Shown: positions 24,127-38,150, counted from the stretch's first letter. The stretch: DNA of 64,000 nt from Felis catus (GCF_018350175.1 NC_058368.1:166906001-166970000); one strand, 5' to 3'. The notes: generated from the letters alone by a model not told the origin. A program made the numbers and translations.

Positions 24127-25479
24127 TTTATTTTCCTCCTCATGATGAATGAAACATTTGGCATGTTTTTATCTCCTTCCTGCCAAACTTCAAGTGGTAG
24201 TGTTCACAGTTAGTTTGGATTAGAATTTCTCTCACAGAATGTCTTGTCTGTTTCAAACAATCTTATTGTGTTACATATTTCCAGGAAGTCTATCCTTAAT
24301 CGTTATATTTCTGTCTCTATATTGCTATGTACATCTATATCTTATGTCATTATTATTTCACTAATATTTCCTTTATGGGGGGGGGGGTTGTTCATGTTCA
24401 TTTCAGTTAGAATCTTTCCTCTGACCACAGGTGCATTGGCCACTCTCATTGTTCACTCATGGGATCTTTACCCTTCTCTCCAGGCACTTGACAGGATCTA
24501 CACTTTCCATCCCTTGCAGTGGGACCCTGACACTGGTCTAGTCAATGTTGAGAAGCAGAAATAGTGTTTGTCACTTGTTTCTGTGTGAGAAATTCCAGAG
24601 CTCTCTTATCAAGGACATTAATTTGAGTCTTAGTAATGATCAAAAACTGATTGGACTGAGACTAATATTTTTAAATTACATATCTTGTTTATAAGTTCCA
24701 GAAAGTTTTACTTTTGGTATGTTTGGCCTTTTCCAAATTACCGTATTCATTCAGGTATCCAGATATCTCCTCAGGCATTTTATTTCGCTGGGCTTGTAGC
24801 TGGGTGTTTCAACCTGATTGTTCTCTCTTTGCTAGACCTCTCAGATGGTGGCTTCTTTGGGTTGGGTGGCAGCTCAGTGGGGGTACAACTCATTGTTATG
24901 ATATCCTAAATGGTGGGACTCCTATAGGTGTATAGTATGAAAGGTAAAATGTCATTCATCACTTTATCCCATTTCAAAGCCACAGACAGATATAAGTAAT
25001 CATCGGTTTGGCAGTCTTTCTACACTCTTAGAGCTTCATGAGTAGTGGAGGCTCAGCTCACTGACTCAACTCTCTACCAGTTATCTGGGAATCTGCGATA
25101 CCCATACACTAATATATCTCAACATCCAACTGTCCCTTGGGTCCACAGTTGGCTTGAAAAAGCTTTTCTTATAATCAGCTGCCCTCAGGGCCTCATCCCT
25201 GGTTTCTAGCGCAGAAAGTCCAAGGTACCGTTTGGCTCAAAGACAATAGAGTGCACGACATTTCAAGACCTCAGGAAAGTCAGAGACCTCACACATACGG
25301 AGTTCCCTACTGGTCCCAGGAAGGCAACTAACTTGGAACTGGGGAGCAGGGGAAGAGAAGGAGGGATGGAAAAAGCCAGTCCCAGGATTCTCTCACCTAA
25401 AGGCTCTCAACTCTTTTGTTTCTTTTAGTGTTCATCACCATTGTCCTAAGTAAGATATTTAATACTTGTAGGTCTTTAT

Positions 25480-26500
25480 TTGGCTTTGGCAGCAACTATT
25501 GACTTCCTGTTGATGTTTAAATTCTCTTATTCCACCATCACCACTCCCAATTTCTCTCCCACAACACTCCAATATTGTAATATCATAATGTTTGGTGAAA
25601 TCATTAGTCAATTTTTATATAATTATAGTTTTATAAAGGCCTTATTTACTGCTATGTCAAGTGATTTGTTTTCTTCTCAATACAAGCTTTTTTTCTTAGA
25701 GTACATTACTGCCTTTTAAGATTTTCTTTGTTTTCTGTGTATCTATTGCTGATATTTGTCCAAAAGTTCCATCAAAGCTGTCAAATGCCTAGTAATAATT
25801 TTCCATAATACCCAAATACTTCAGAAAACTTGAACTTCTTCCACGCAGCCCTCTAACCACCTGCTCTAATATGAAGGATTACTTCTCCCTGTGTCTGAAA
25901 CACAGCTGTCACTCTGGAATTTCAATTCCTCATTGTATTAGGGAGCCTTTTTCCTAGATAGCACGTTTTTTTTTAACATCTGTGGGTTTATCATTTATAT
26001 TTCTTAGATACATTCTCTAGAACCTTTCTAAGGCAGATTGCATGAGGACTAAATTATTAAGTCCATACATTTTTAAGATTATGTTTTTTCTTCTCTCACA
26101 GCTGATTGATAGCCTGACTTTAGTATTACAGGATGAAAACCATCTTTTCTTAGAATATTAGACACATTATTTCAAGAACTTCTTGGAAACAGGTTAGCAT
26201 TGAGAGAAAAATGAATGACATTTTGATATCCTATCATTTGTATTAGACCAGTTTCACACAACATTTTGAATCTTTTGGAAATGCCTCTTTACTCTTAGTG
26301 GTTCAAATTACACAATGATATGTATGCATTGGTATGAGTTTGTTTTTTGTTTTCTTCATTTTATTGGACACTCAATGGAAAGTTGATCTGAGAACTGGTA
26401 TCTTTAAGATATGAGGAATTTCTGGCATTATTTATTTGATACCATTTCCTTATTTTTATAGTTCTCCTTTCAATTTAACTTCTATTATTTGCAAGTATAT
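25480..26500 (-). mobile_element. Very old L1/HAL1-like remnant
   Basis: T-rich strand with L1 ORF1-region-like phrases (TTCTCTCACAGCTGATTGATAG, GCATTGAGAGAA, TTGGACACTCAATGG); weak. Confidence 0.4.
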
Positions 26501-26794
26501 AAAGTTTCTTTTCCACCTCCCAGAATGTTAAATGCCCAATTCAATGAATGTCGAAAAGGATTTAAACTGTAAATTAAAACTTTGATTATAGGAAATGATT
26601 CATGTTATAAAGTCTAAGAAAATAATCAAAGCATAAAATTATTGGGCTATGAATGAAATGTAAGATAGTTGTACCAATGCTAATTAATTAACTTTAGAAT
26701 TTAGAAAAATAAGTATATTATGCATACATATTATCATAATTAGTCCTTAAGGAAACATGAAATGGGAAGAATGATTAATAATAAGAGGTAGCTC

Positions 26795-27650
26795 TGACAT
26801 AATAAGAAATATGCATTTGTTCTCTGTCCCAAGTTCCTGAAACAGTGCTCTTAAAACCCTTAAAATTTCCTGAGTGATGGAAGTGATAGGAGTGTCTCAC
26901 ACAGAGTTCCTAAATGCTTTGGATTTTTCTGGGTGTTAGGAACATCTTTTGTTCTAATGAGGCAATTCTTGCTAGGCTCCTGGATGGGGGCTGGTAACCA
27001 GAAAGGCCAAGCATGATTAGAAGCTTGGAACTTTCACCTGCAAACTTCATCCTCGAGAGAGAGGAGAGGCATTGGAAATTGGAAGTTGATCATGCTTACA
27101 TGATGAAGCCTCCATAAAAATTTTCTATGCTACAGTGGGCAGAGAGCTTCCAAGTTGGTGAACATATCCATACACTGTGAGGCTGGTGCACCCCAAATCC
27201 GTAAGGACAGAAGTTCCTGAATTCAGGACCCTTGCACATCTCATCCTATGTACCTCTTCTTCTGACTGCTCATCTGTATCCTTCATTATATTTTTTTATA
27301 ATAAACCATTAAACATAAATAAATATTCCTTTGAAGTATCTGAGCCATTATAGCATATCATTAAAACCAAGGGCAAGGTTAAGGGAACTCTCGATTTATA
27401 GCCTATTGGTCAGAAGTACGATTGACAACCTTTGACTTATGACTGGCATCTGAAATGCAAGGCAGTCATGTGGTACTGACCCCTTACCCTGTGAAGTCTG
27501 CACTAACTCCTAGTAGTTAATGTCATAACTAAATCAGAGGACACCCAGGTTATGTCAAGGGAGTTGGAGAATTCATTGCTGTGGGGGAAAAAAACCCACA
27601 CATTTGGTGTCAGAAGTGTTGTGAGTAGAGGAAAACAAGATTTCCCATTC
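26795..27650 (+). mobile_element. MER21-like ERVL LTR
   Basis: ATAATAAGAAATATG...AAAACCCTTAAAATTTCCTGAGTGAT, TGATTAGAAGCTTGGAACTTTCA, GAGAGCTTCCAAGTTGGTGAACA, CACATTTGGTGTCAGAAGTGTT. Confidence 0.8.
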
Positions 27651-27654
27651 GTAG

Positions 27655-28110
27655 CAAATAAGACATTTATTACGTCCAGGGACCATGCTAAGTTTCTTAC
27701 ATTTATCACTTATTTGAATGCATATAGCCATTTTATTTATTTTTTATTTTTTATTTTTTTTAAATTTTTTTTTTCAACGTTTATTTATTTTTGGGACAGA
27801 GAGACAGAGCATGAACGGGGGAGGGGCAGAGAGAGAGGGAGACACAGAATCGGAAACAGGCTCCAGGCTCTGAGCCATCAGCCCAGAGCCTGACGCGGGG
27901 CTCGAACTCCTGGACCGCGAGATCGTGACCTGGTTGAAGTCGGACGCTTAACCGACTGCGCCACCCAGGCGCCCCGCATATAGCCATTTTAAAGATGAGA
28001 ACATTAAAGGGGAAAGCGTTCAGAGAACAGTTGCACGTGCAAACTTAGTAAGCAATGGAGCAGGGACTGTCACCTAGGTCTGATGGCATAAAATGTCCAT
28101 GCCCCATGCG
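27655..28110 (-). mobile_element. MIR interrupted by a young SINE
   Basis: CCATTTTAAAGATGAGAACATTAAAGG and AGTAAGCAATGGAGCAGGGACT...CCTAGGTCTG. Confidence 0.55.
27736..27975 (-). mobile_element. Young SINEC_Fc-type Can-SINE
   Basis: ...CTTAACCGACTGCGCCACCCAGGCGCCCC; perfect 16-bp TSD GCATATAGCCATTTTA at 27720-27735 and 27976-27991. Confidence 0.97.
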
Positions 28111-29539
28111 TTGCTGCCTCTCAAGTTTCTGTGTTTGCTGTAGTTCAGTAGTTTCTGTCATCTGGGGATAGCCTTATGAATAAAGTAATATTTCACATGT
28201 CACTACATGACAGAAAGACAGAAACCTAGTGATACTTTAAGCTTGCTCTAGTCATGAAATATAGCGTAAAAAGAAGTACACCTTCAAAATGAGATGATTA
28301 AAGGAATTAATTTGAATAGCTTGGTGACTCCCCATCAACCTGAACCTTCAGACAGGAAAGGTGAAAACCTATTTCTTTGCTCACACAGTTGCTATTTCTT
28401 CTCTCCTTTCTTACTTTCTACTAACACGTCTTCTTGGAATCCACATCCTATGCATTATGGGGGATGTAAAATGAATCGGATAATGAATTCTGCCCTCAAA
28501 GAACTTAAAAGGCTATAAAGTATCAACTCTCATTATGAGAGTTCAGGGAAGGTGAAATGACTCCTGGCTGAGATTAGTTTGAGAAAGTGTGTAGAGCTGG
28601 GCACGGAGAAGAGTGAGCAGCTCCTTCAGAGTAGCAAAAGCACACAGAGCATGAAGGAAGAATAAAGGAAAATTATGACTGAAAAGCAGATTGGGCTCAG
28701 ATGCCAGAAATCCTAGTATGAAAAGCAAGGTTTTTTGACCTCATTCTGAATCAACAGCCTATATACTTCTTTTTTTAATTAAATACCTTCTATCAGTTAA
28801 AAACAAGAATAAAATCAGTAGCAAAATAAAACTTTAGAAATCGGTAAAAAATAAAACAGTAGTGGTGTGTGGTGTGGATAATAAACATAGTTCCAGATAG
28901 GGCTATAGCTGTCGTTAGCTACCATCTCTGGGCAAATATCCACTTAGAGTGAGGGTTAGCACTAAAAATAGTATGCGTAAATCTTCCTGATTATTTTAAA
29001 TACTATTTGGCAACTTCCCATAGTGTCATTTTAGAACACACTTGTTTTCTCTTCTAACAAGGCTGGCAAAATGCCCACGAACCAAGTGGATAGCAGCAAC
29101 ACCACTATTTTCACCTGTATCTACATTATTTATGATTGCTTCAACCTGCAATTTCTTTATAGGAGTATCTTAAATCCCTTATTTTGTGAAAGTTTGTGTA
29201 GTTAAAACTAGATAATACAGCCTATAACTCCACTTAGTCTGGCACAAAAAAATTGAATAACAACACACGGACAAAACAAGGAAGAAAAAGAGGCTCTGCT
29301 GTCCCCTTCTGTCTACTGTGTCACTTTTATGAGACAAATAATAATATAAATCAACTTTGTATCTGAAGGTCATGATAATTCTCCAGATGGATGTTATGAG
29401 CGAAGTGATAAGACCTTAAACTATTTGTGTTCACTAAATACTAAGTTATTTCTAATTGCAGGAATAGGGTGTTGCCAAAATATAACTTTAAAAGAAAATA
29501 TGATCTTTTAAAAGTCATATTTTAAAGTGTCCCAATCTT

Positions 29540-29765
29540 GGGGCGCCTGGGTGGCTCAGTAGGTTGAACGTCCGACTGCAGCTCAGGTCATGATCTCACC
29601 ATTCGTGGGTTCAAGCCCCACATTGGGCTCTGTGCTGACATCTCAGAACCTGGAGCCTACTTCAGATTCTGTGTCTCCCTCTCTCTCTGTCCCTCCCCCC
29701 TTCACACTCTGTCCCTGTCTCTCAAAAATAAGTAAACATGTAAAAACAATTTTTAAATAAGTAAA
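29540..29765 (+). mobile_element. Can-SINE (SINEC_Fc2-like)
   Basis: GGGGCGCCTGGGTGGCTCAG head; TSD TAAAGTGTCCCA on both sides. Confidence 0.95.
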
Positions 29766-29847
29766 TAAAGTGTCCCAGTTTCTTATAATATAGTTGAGAT
29801 TGTTTGAATTACGATGAAGAGAATAGCTGACAAAATGCAACTTAACG

Positions 29848-30036
29848 CAGTAGTTCTTAAACTTGAGTATGCATCAGAATGACCAAGAGTGTTTGTTATA
29901 ACACAGAATGCTTGGTCTCATCCCCAGTGTTTCTGTTTCAGTCATCTGAGGCAGAACCCAAGAATTCTCTTTCCTAACAAATTTCTCGGCAATGCCAACA
30001 TTGCTGATCCAGGGACCACGCTTTGAGAACCACCTG
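29848..30036. mobile_element. MER5A hAT-Charlie MITE
   Basis: Terminal inverted repeats CAGTAGTTCTTAAA and TTTGAGAACCACCTG; internal GCATCAGAATGACC; about 189 bp. Confidence 0.85.
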
Positions 30037-30907
30037 CTTAAGTTTACAAATATTCTGAAGAGGTAGGTTGTTTCAGCCTTGCTTAATTCAGCAACAAAGT
30101 GGCTTCATCGATGTCCCATGTGCTTTCCACCTCTCCTCTTTTCCATTTTCATGGCTTTTCCCACATAATCACAAGATTCTGCTGTAGCTCCATGCATCAT
30201 GTGGTCATACAACCATATCTAAAGACAAGCAATGTGGATAAGTTTCTCCTATCATCAAAAAAAAAAAAAACCCTTCCTCAAAGCCTCCAAAAGCCCTTTT
30301 CCCTCAGCTTCCATTAGCCAAGATTTGATAAATGTTATTGCCTAGCTTTAAGAGACGTTAGTGAAGGGAGTATCTGGCATTTGGGACCTTGAAGACTGAC
30401 TTTTGCAGCCCAGAAGGCAGAGAGATGGGTAAGAGCAGCTACCTTCCATGAGATTACTGCAGCCTTGCCTCCTCAAGCCTCATCAGACTGACCGCAAAAA
30501 GCGTTCAGATTTGTAAAAAGAAATTTAAAAAATACGACTCAGGTTTAAGGTAGTCTATATGAAGTAAAACCATGTCCTAGCAGCCCTCATTATGAAAACC
30601 AGCTTCCTAGAAAAACACACAGGACAAACTCATAAGGGTTGGGGGAGGGGTGAGAAGTAGAAGTCTCAGTCTAATTAAACACATGCTAATTCTATAAATT
30701 AACCCCAATCTACGAAATGAACCATCCCTAGTGTCTGAAAAACAGAGCGATAGGACATAAGAGTCATTACTGCTACTAAGTGGCTTCACATAATATTTGC
30801 TACGTTACTTCACCCCTGGAAATAGGCGTAAGACCTTGGATTGGCAATACTTCACTGTATTTAACTCAAAATCTGGGCTAAATTAAAGAAAATGGAGTGT
30901 TTCTATC

Positions 30908-31082
30908 CAAAACTGGCTACATAATTTGCAGGTCCAGTGCTATATAAAAATGCAGTTCTGTTGTTCAAAAACTATTAAGAATTTCAAGATAGTGACAGCA
31001 GAACGTTAAGCCAAGCGTGGAGCCCTTCTGGACACAGGGCCCTGGGTGGCTGCACAAGTCACTCACCTGGGAAGTGGCATTG
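30908..31082 (+). mobile_element. MER45A hAT-Tip100 MITE
   Basis: CTGGCTACATAATTTGCAGGTCCAGTGC...TTGTTCAAAAACTATTAAGAATTTCAAGA...CAGGGCCCTG. Confidence 0.8.
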
Positions 31083-34000
31083 CTGGTACCCCGTTCTTAG
31101 TTCCTGCAATGCCTTTGAGCTCCAGATTCTTCTCATTCTCTTATGCATTTTCTTCTTATTTGCCTCACTCAGGTATGGGGAGGAGGGACTACAGTACTTT
31201 TGTAAACAAAAAAAATCTTCTCTCGGTTATAAATCATCCCACTCTCTAGTGGGTGGGAGCAAACGCAGGTGACTTTGGTTTAAATAGCAATATGTTTCCA
31301 TTCCATTGCATAAGGACAGATAGATGAATAAGTAGCTGGATGGACTGAGTGACTCAGCAAGTAGGAAGATTTTGTCAATTTGAGATAACAGGGTGTGCAT
31401 GTGTAGAAGGTGAAAATTTTAGACCTCGAATCGAAGAAAGAAATAACAGAGAAGATTTATCTGCATTTGAAATGTGAATATCAATGAGGGTCATCAGTTA
31501 TTCTGAGAGTTACAGAGCAGACTTTTAAAAGTTAAAGCACTCCACCTCCATGTCAAGTTCAATGCAGGAGCAAATTTTATCAGTCTGGTGTCCTTGCAGC
31601 ATCAAAGGAACATTTGTCTGTTCCCCGTTGTAGCACCCAGGAACAGGGCACGTTTTGCCTTTATAGGTAAGATGAAATGCTGGCCTGATAAATCACCTGC
31701 CAATTGAATCGATGTGGAAGGCTAATGTAGCTAAGTTGAGAGGGGAGAAGGGCTTGAAAGGGAGGGCTATGGAAGAGAGATTTTGCAACTGCGCAAACAA
31801 TGCTATTTTAGTAAATTACTTTTTGCTTTAGAGAAAGGATATAGCAGTGAGCTCTCTGAAGTGGGTTTTCTCTTCCTTCTGCCTCTTCAGGGAACTACCT
31901 CCCTTTTGGTATCTTTTGTATAAGTTACAATTTGCATATGTATTGGGCTTACTTGATGAGGTAGTTCCTCTACACCACAGGAGCTTTCCATTATGTGTCT
32001 CCTTTTGAAGAACCAGTGAGACTACCCTATTTTAGTAACAACCTTATAGTACCCAACGAAACATTTACTTTGCCATCTGAATAGTTATGATGTCCCTGAA
32101 GTGAATTATGATGCAATTAATTAAATAACTTGTAGAATCTAACTTCATGTAAAAAAATGGATTTCCAATCATTCTGACTGAGTGAATGTTCTTATATTTC
32201 AAATATGGCTAATTATATCTGTTAAAATTTCTCTGGAGGACTGGTGTTATTGTATATGGCTCCAGATTGGTGGCAGTTGAATTAAAACAGAAGTCATTGT
32301 ATCTGCCATATAGGAAAGTCAACGCTCCCCAGACAACCAGTGAAACTGGAGAGGCTGTCATTTGATCAATCTGACCAGGATTAACATCCACAAACAATTG
32401 TTTGGATTTGCTGTTTCTGTCACTGGTGACAAGGAAACATGAGTTTAAAAATTGATTATCTTTTCCTGTACGAGCTTGTGACAATATTCTAGAATTGTGG
32501 ATATGTACCAATGACACTGTTTCTAAAACTTATTTTAATGTTTGACACTAAAGTTTTAGAATACACCAAAATATTCAAGGGGGGTGGGAATCCAGGGTAT
32601 TTTAAAGAAGGGCTGAGATTTTACAAATTAAAAAACTAAAAAGATATAAGGTAGATGATGATTTAAAATATTTTTTTAAGGAAACAGTTCCATTCAAATA
32701 CATAATGTGTTCTTTGGGATTAATGCTATACCATTTTATGTGAGGAATACATGTGTTATTTTGCATCATGAAAACCCATTTTTCCCCATGTTTCCCTAGA
32801 AAATTCCTTCAAGCCCGAGATCAATCACTGCCTTCACTTGGAGGCTTTCCCAACTCCCAGAGACCAATAGGTGATCCTTCATTATGTTACCATAACACTA
32901 GTACCACTCCTAAGAGGTAATGGTGTGTGAATTTTTGAGATAATATTGGAGATTGGGTTTGGAAAACTAGATTGATCATATTGTTGAGTTTAGTTTTTAT
33001 CTTGTAACCAATAGCATGAGAGGGAGGAGAGTTATGTTTTATTTTTTTGTTGTTGAAAATGGAGATTTTGGAAGATGTAATTTAGTGGTTTGAATAATTT
33101 GTTTTTTAGGAGATATCATTCAAGCAACATTGATTAAATGGCTATGAAATGCAACAAAATCATATTGATTGTGTGGAAATGGAAAAAGTAGTTCTTATTC
33201 TTAAAAAAAAAGCTTATGATCTAGCAAGCAGGGAATAGAAACACAGAAAAAAGTAACCATAATGCAAGAAAAAGAATGGGAAGTACATCAACTTTGAAAT
33301 TAACTAAATTTTACAATTTGAGAGATGGTTCTAGTCTAGGACTAAATAGCAAAAATTATGAAGAATGTGCCAAAATTCTCTTTAGCTATAGAACACATAT
33401 CAAAATTAGGGAAAAAATAGAGAAAAAAAATGCTCTTTGGAATAAAAAAAAAGACCAAAGATAATTTATAAATGTATAAACTATAGATTGGAGAATGTTT
33501 TATTATAGTTAAAATAGGATCCCATAAGTTTAAGCTATTCACTGTCAAGTAAAGAAACATTAGTTAACCAGTTTATAAATGGGTTCAAAATTTCCAAATC
33601 AAAGAAAGGAAAATATATGTATATAGTAGGCATTTAAGGCATAAAATAACTATGAGCCAAATTAAAAAACAAAAATTTGAGAAACTTATTTCTACAAGCG
33701 CTCTTAAGAAACATGCCATCTAGAATCTTAGAGGCTTTTCTGTATACTAACCCTCTTGACTTCTCTAAACTTTATGAAAGGGCCAATGTGACTGTTGAGA
33801 GAATTACTTGTTTCTTATTCTGTAGAATTAAACTGGATTTAATCATCACCTCATATATAGCACATCCCTTTTCCTTTCACCCCCCCCACCACCACACACA
33901 CTCTAAATTTAATTAAAATAACTGAAATGAAACTAGAGATAATTTGTTTTTTAAATAGACTGCCACATGCTCCATTTACATAAAACCCATTAGTTTGCAT

Positions 34001-34604
34001 TAAATACAAATTAGCTGCTGATATGAATTAAATCACGTATAAATAGTTCAGAATAGCCGCAGAACCAGGCATTTTAATTAATATAACTGTTAACCAGATT
34101 TATTTGTAAGGTAATCAAGACTCTTACTCATTTATTCTTCAGTACAATAGGCCAAGCGACACTGGCTGTCCTAGAACAGGCCGTCATTTCTATAGGAATA
34201 CAAATCCAGGAGGAAGATTGATTAGGTTCTTCAACTACAAAGTGTACAAATGATGAAAGCATGCCAGTTTAGAAATTATGGCATCTGGAGGATAAATGCA
34301 GAATCTCTTCAAGTAATTAACACATACAATTTCTTGATCACCTGAAATATCCAGCTTTTTTTTTCCCCCTCTTTCCATAGCTTAGTCATGGTTTAATTTA
34401 AAACAAGATTTTTAAGACCTAGGAAATAATTTTCCTTTGCTGCTATTCTTATTTGGACTAATTTATGCATCACTAATAAGTATTTCATAGTTAATAATAA
34501 CTTCCCAAACTAATTAGAATTTAGAGTTTAGCAAGAGTGTCTGTTAGTCCACACTCATTTTGTTCCAGGTAACTGAACCTTAAAGTGACTTAATATACTT
34601 AGAT

Positions 34605-35340
34605 TCACGTGGTTAGGAGCACAGAAATGAAAACCCACATGCTGACTTCAGGCACAGCTAGATCCAACACTCTAATTAGGTCTCAAGAATGAAAATGGCT
34701 CTTACCCTGTCTGAGGAATGCTTTTCTCTGTAACTTCATTTCTTTGGCAGGCTCTGCTATCATGGTGGAAAGATGGCTGCCAACAGCTCCAGGCTTCATA
34801 TAATCTCTCAACAACACCAATTTTTTTCTCAATAGTTCCAATGAATGTCTCTCAAAATGAGCCTTATTTGCTTCGATAATTTATGCCTCTCCCTGTGACA
34901 ACACAATGGAAAAGAGAACAGAATGCTCTGATTCACCTCAGTTATGTACTCACCACTCCTGAAACTGGGGAAGGGGCCAGCCCCAACTGAATCATAGGAA
35001 TTAAAAGGGGGAGGATGTTTTAATAAAATAAAAGGTTGGTTGCTTTCCTAAAAAACTGATGGGGGAGGGGCACCTAGGTGGCTCAGTTGTTGAGCATCTG
35101 ATTTCGGCTCAGGTCATGATCTCAGGGCTTGTAAATTCCATCCCCAAGTTGGGCTCTGTGCTGACAGCCTGGAGCCTGCTTTGGACTCTGTGTCTCCCTC
35201 TCTCTCTGCCCCTCATCCACTCTCTCTCTGTCTGTCTCTCTCTCAAAAATAATAAACATTCAAAATTTTTTTTTCTTAATTGATGGGGAAGGGGAATTGA
35301 CACGGAGAATACAAAGAGGAACAGATATCCATTAGAGTAT
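34605..35340 (-). mobile_element. MLT1K/L-like MaLR LTR with SINE insertion
   Basis: CTTCAGGCACAGCTAGATCC, AAGATGGCTGCCAACAGCTCCAGGCTT, ATGCTCTGATT. Confidence 0.65.
35067..35277 (+). mobile_element. Can-SINE
   Basis: GGGGCACCTAGGTGGCTCAG head; flanks share AA.TGATGGGG. Confidence 0.93.
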
Positions 35341-35865
35341 TATAGTCCTGTTTTGATGTTAAATTGTCAGTCTTCTTCAGTCACCTCATTTAGGCCCTGA
35401 TTTATCAATCCGTAAAAAATCAAAGGTCCACAATCAATATTTACCTACAAAAATCCCTGAGGCTAGCAACCACAGGACTTGTAAATGGCATCCATGGGTA
35501 TTCAGCAAACAAAGTACCCATACAGAAAAGCCTTCATCAGCCTTAAATCATGCTGTTGGACACCCAGTGTTAAAATATGAATGCTACATTATGTGCGGAT
35601 TCTGACTGAAGGTTAGAGAGGATAAATGAGACAGGTTTAATTGACTGTAACAAAAGTCCTGGGCATTTGTAAAAGAAAAATACCACTTAAGTCATAATAT
35701 TTAAGATTTTGACATAAAAAAGCAGCATCTCATAGTAGCTGATGAGCCTAAGTAATTGCTTATATTTTCTTTCCATTTCAGTAACAATATTTCATTCTAT
35801 TGTATCCCATCCTCCTTAGTCTTAAGTGTTATATTTTGAATGGCAAATATTGAGACACCAAGGAA

Positions 35866-36275
35866 CAGACATTCTTAACCTTTTATATGCTATGAATCCC
35901 TTTCGTAACTTAATAAAGCCTAGGAACACAATAGGATCTTTCTAAAAATATTCTAAATTAAAAAAATAGAATACAAAGGAAACTAATTGTATTGAAATAC
36001 AGTTATCTAAAAAATGAAATTGTAATATACATTCTTCTGTAATAACTTTTAATAAAAAGTGATACCATTGGAGCATAATAGATGATATGTGAAATATTGT
36101 AACTCTAATATGATATGAAAATATCCAATATTTCAATTGGGTAAAATGTCACAAGAACTACTAATACTAATGTGGTTTGTGGCCTATATTCACAATTGAA
36201 GGAAATGTAAATTTCAGTTCAAGGTTACTGAAAATAAAGATGTAAATTTTCCCATCCTCAAACATGGACTTCTGC
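35866..36275. mobile_element. Charlie4a-like hAT DNA transposon fossil
   Basis: TTCTTAACCTTTT start, AAAGGAAACTAATTGTATTGAAATACAGTTATC, GTGGTTTGTGGCCTATATTCA, GAAAATAAAGATGTAA. Confidence 0.75.
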
Positions 36276-37499
36276 CAAAGGACATTTGGTCATGACTTGA
36301 AGGGAAAAAATGTGCAAATCACTGTAATAAGGCATGCTATCCATCAGCTCTTGGACCCTTATTGCAATTTTCTTATTCATCTCTAGTTGATTCCCTGCCA
36401 TATTTTCACAGTAGCAATTCCCAGTTTTATTACCCATTCCTATCCCAACCTTTCTCTGTGTGGTTAACTTTGCCTCCTACATTACTTACAGAAGGAAAGC
36501 AAACTGTCATTAGTTTCCTTTCTCTATACCCTAAAATGTGTTGAATCTTCATTTTCACTATTTCTCTTGAGTATAAGAGATTATAGAAAACCTATGCCTG
36601 CCTATTAATTGATGCTTAATGAGAAATCAAGGAATATAAAGAAAGGAAGAAACCATTCTAGCAATCCTATAGCCAAGTCTCATAAAGAAAGGTAGATGCT
36701 ATCAAGGATAAAATAGGAGCTCTGGTGCTCTATTCCTTGCTTGTGAGTATTCAGGGCCTCACTTTCTCCCATTAAAGATAGTGAGGGTTAGGCTTGGGTG
36801 TGAAACTGTGACAATTCATTTATTGGAAGAGAGAAAGTGAGAAATATGGCATAACCCAACTCTATTAGATGCCATACAAGCTGAAAAGGAGAAAAGCATT
36901 TGGATGGTGTACAGTGGGATCTCACAAAGGAAATCGGCCTCACCCTTTCAACATCCTGCTTCTCTTGTACACCCTTCAACAGAGTATACCCTAGGTGTAT
37001 CTCTTCCCTCCTGATGTTGTCTTTAAGGAACATCGTTCCATAGTCAAGAAGTTTATTTCCATTTTTTTTAACAGAATATTGATTTTATCATGAAAGAGAA
37101 TGGATTTGCTTTATAGATGTTTTCACTGAAATACATGCACTCACAAAGCAAAATGCCTAGAGACCTTTGGAGCCTTTCTTTCCCCTGTGGGGAAAAGGAG
37201 TTGAATGAAATGATTCCGCATTCAGAGTTATGATTACCACATGACCACATGGGTCTTCCATTACCCAATTTGTTTGCTTCTAAAGACAGGGACATTTAAG
37301 GAATCCTGACAACTTGTCAAAATTCTGGCCAGATTAATTTTACAAATAGACGTTTTGCGGATGTAATTTATCATGGAGAAAAGTTTTACTCTTTAGGGGA
37401 CCCATTTTCCCATGTGATTTATTCAAAGATCTGTTTCTCTTAGGTGTTTGGGCTTACTGTGGGAGAAAGACTATCTGACGCTTTTATTTCTGTGGAAAG

Positions 37500-38150
37500 A
37501 GTGTGGTAATCATAGCTCATGCTTACTTCTTAATTAAAGTTTGCCCCCCTGGCTAGCCGAAGGACCCATGAGGCTCATCTTCAAAGCAGGCATTCATTGC
37601 TCACTACTCCAGAGTCCTGCAGTTAAGATGACTCAGCTATTTTCTGTCTCCACGTTAGCATGCCTGCCTCTGCCCAATAACACTAGTCTAATCTCCTTTT
37701 CTCTATTTCAGTTCTCTTGCTTGCTTATTATTCTACCACCTCCCCCATTTTATTCCCGTCTGTCTTCAAATCACATGGATTCCATAGGCTGGTGACTTGC
37801 CCATAATGCCTTCTTTCAGTGTAACTCTCAACTTCTTTCTATAGCCCTCTACTGTTGCCAGCTGCTGCCTGTATTTTTATACCTCCAATTCAAACCCTCC
37901 AAGAGAAAAGGGGTTTTGGGTCAGTCAATCACCTTCAGTTTAGGGAGCAAGATGCCTAGGGACTTTTGGAGGCTTAACATGCTTGTTAGGGCTCTAGGGA
38001 CAGGCTCCCTTGCAATCTTCCATCTAAAATGGTTTTAGAGTCAAATTGCTGATCCAGTCATCAGTTGCCAGAGCGGTGGCATTATGTGGCAGAAATCATA
38101 CCAACAAGAGCCCAAGAAGCTGCCAGGAATAGATAAGGGGTTAAGACAGA
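37500..38150 (-). mobile_element. LTR33-like ERVL LTR fossil
   Basis: TTCAAACCCTCCAAGAGAAAAG and CAGTTGCCAGAGCGGTGGCATTATGTGG resemble recalled LTR33; edges uncertain. Confidence 0.4.

Noticed and set aside
32209..32517. 102-aa minus-strand ORF in unique-looking sequence as a coding exon
   Set aside because: No recognisable domain and no convincing donor site before the stop. A BLASTX or PhyloCSF signal would be needed.
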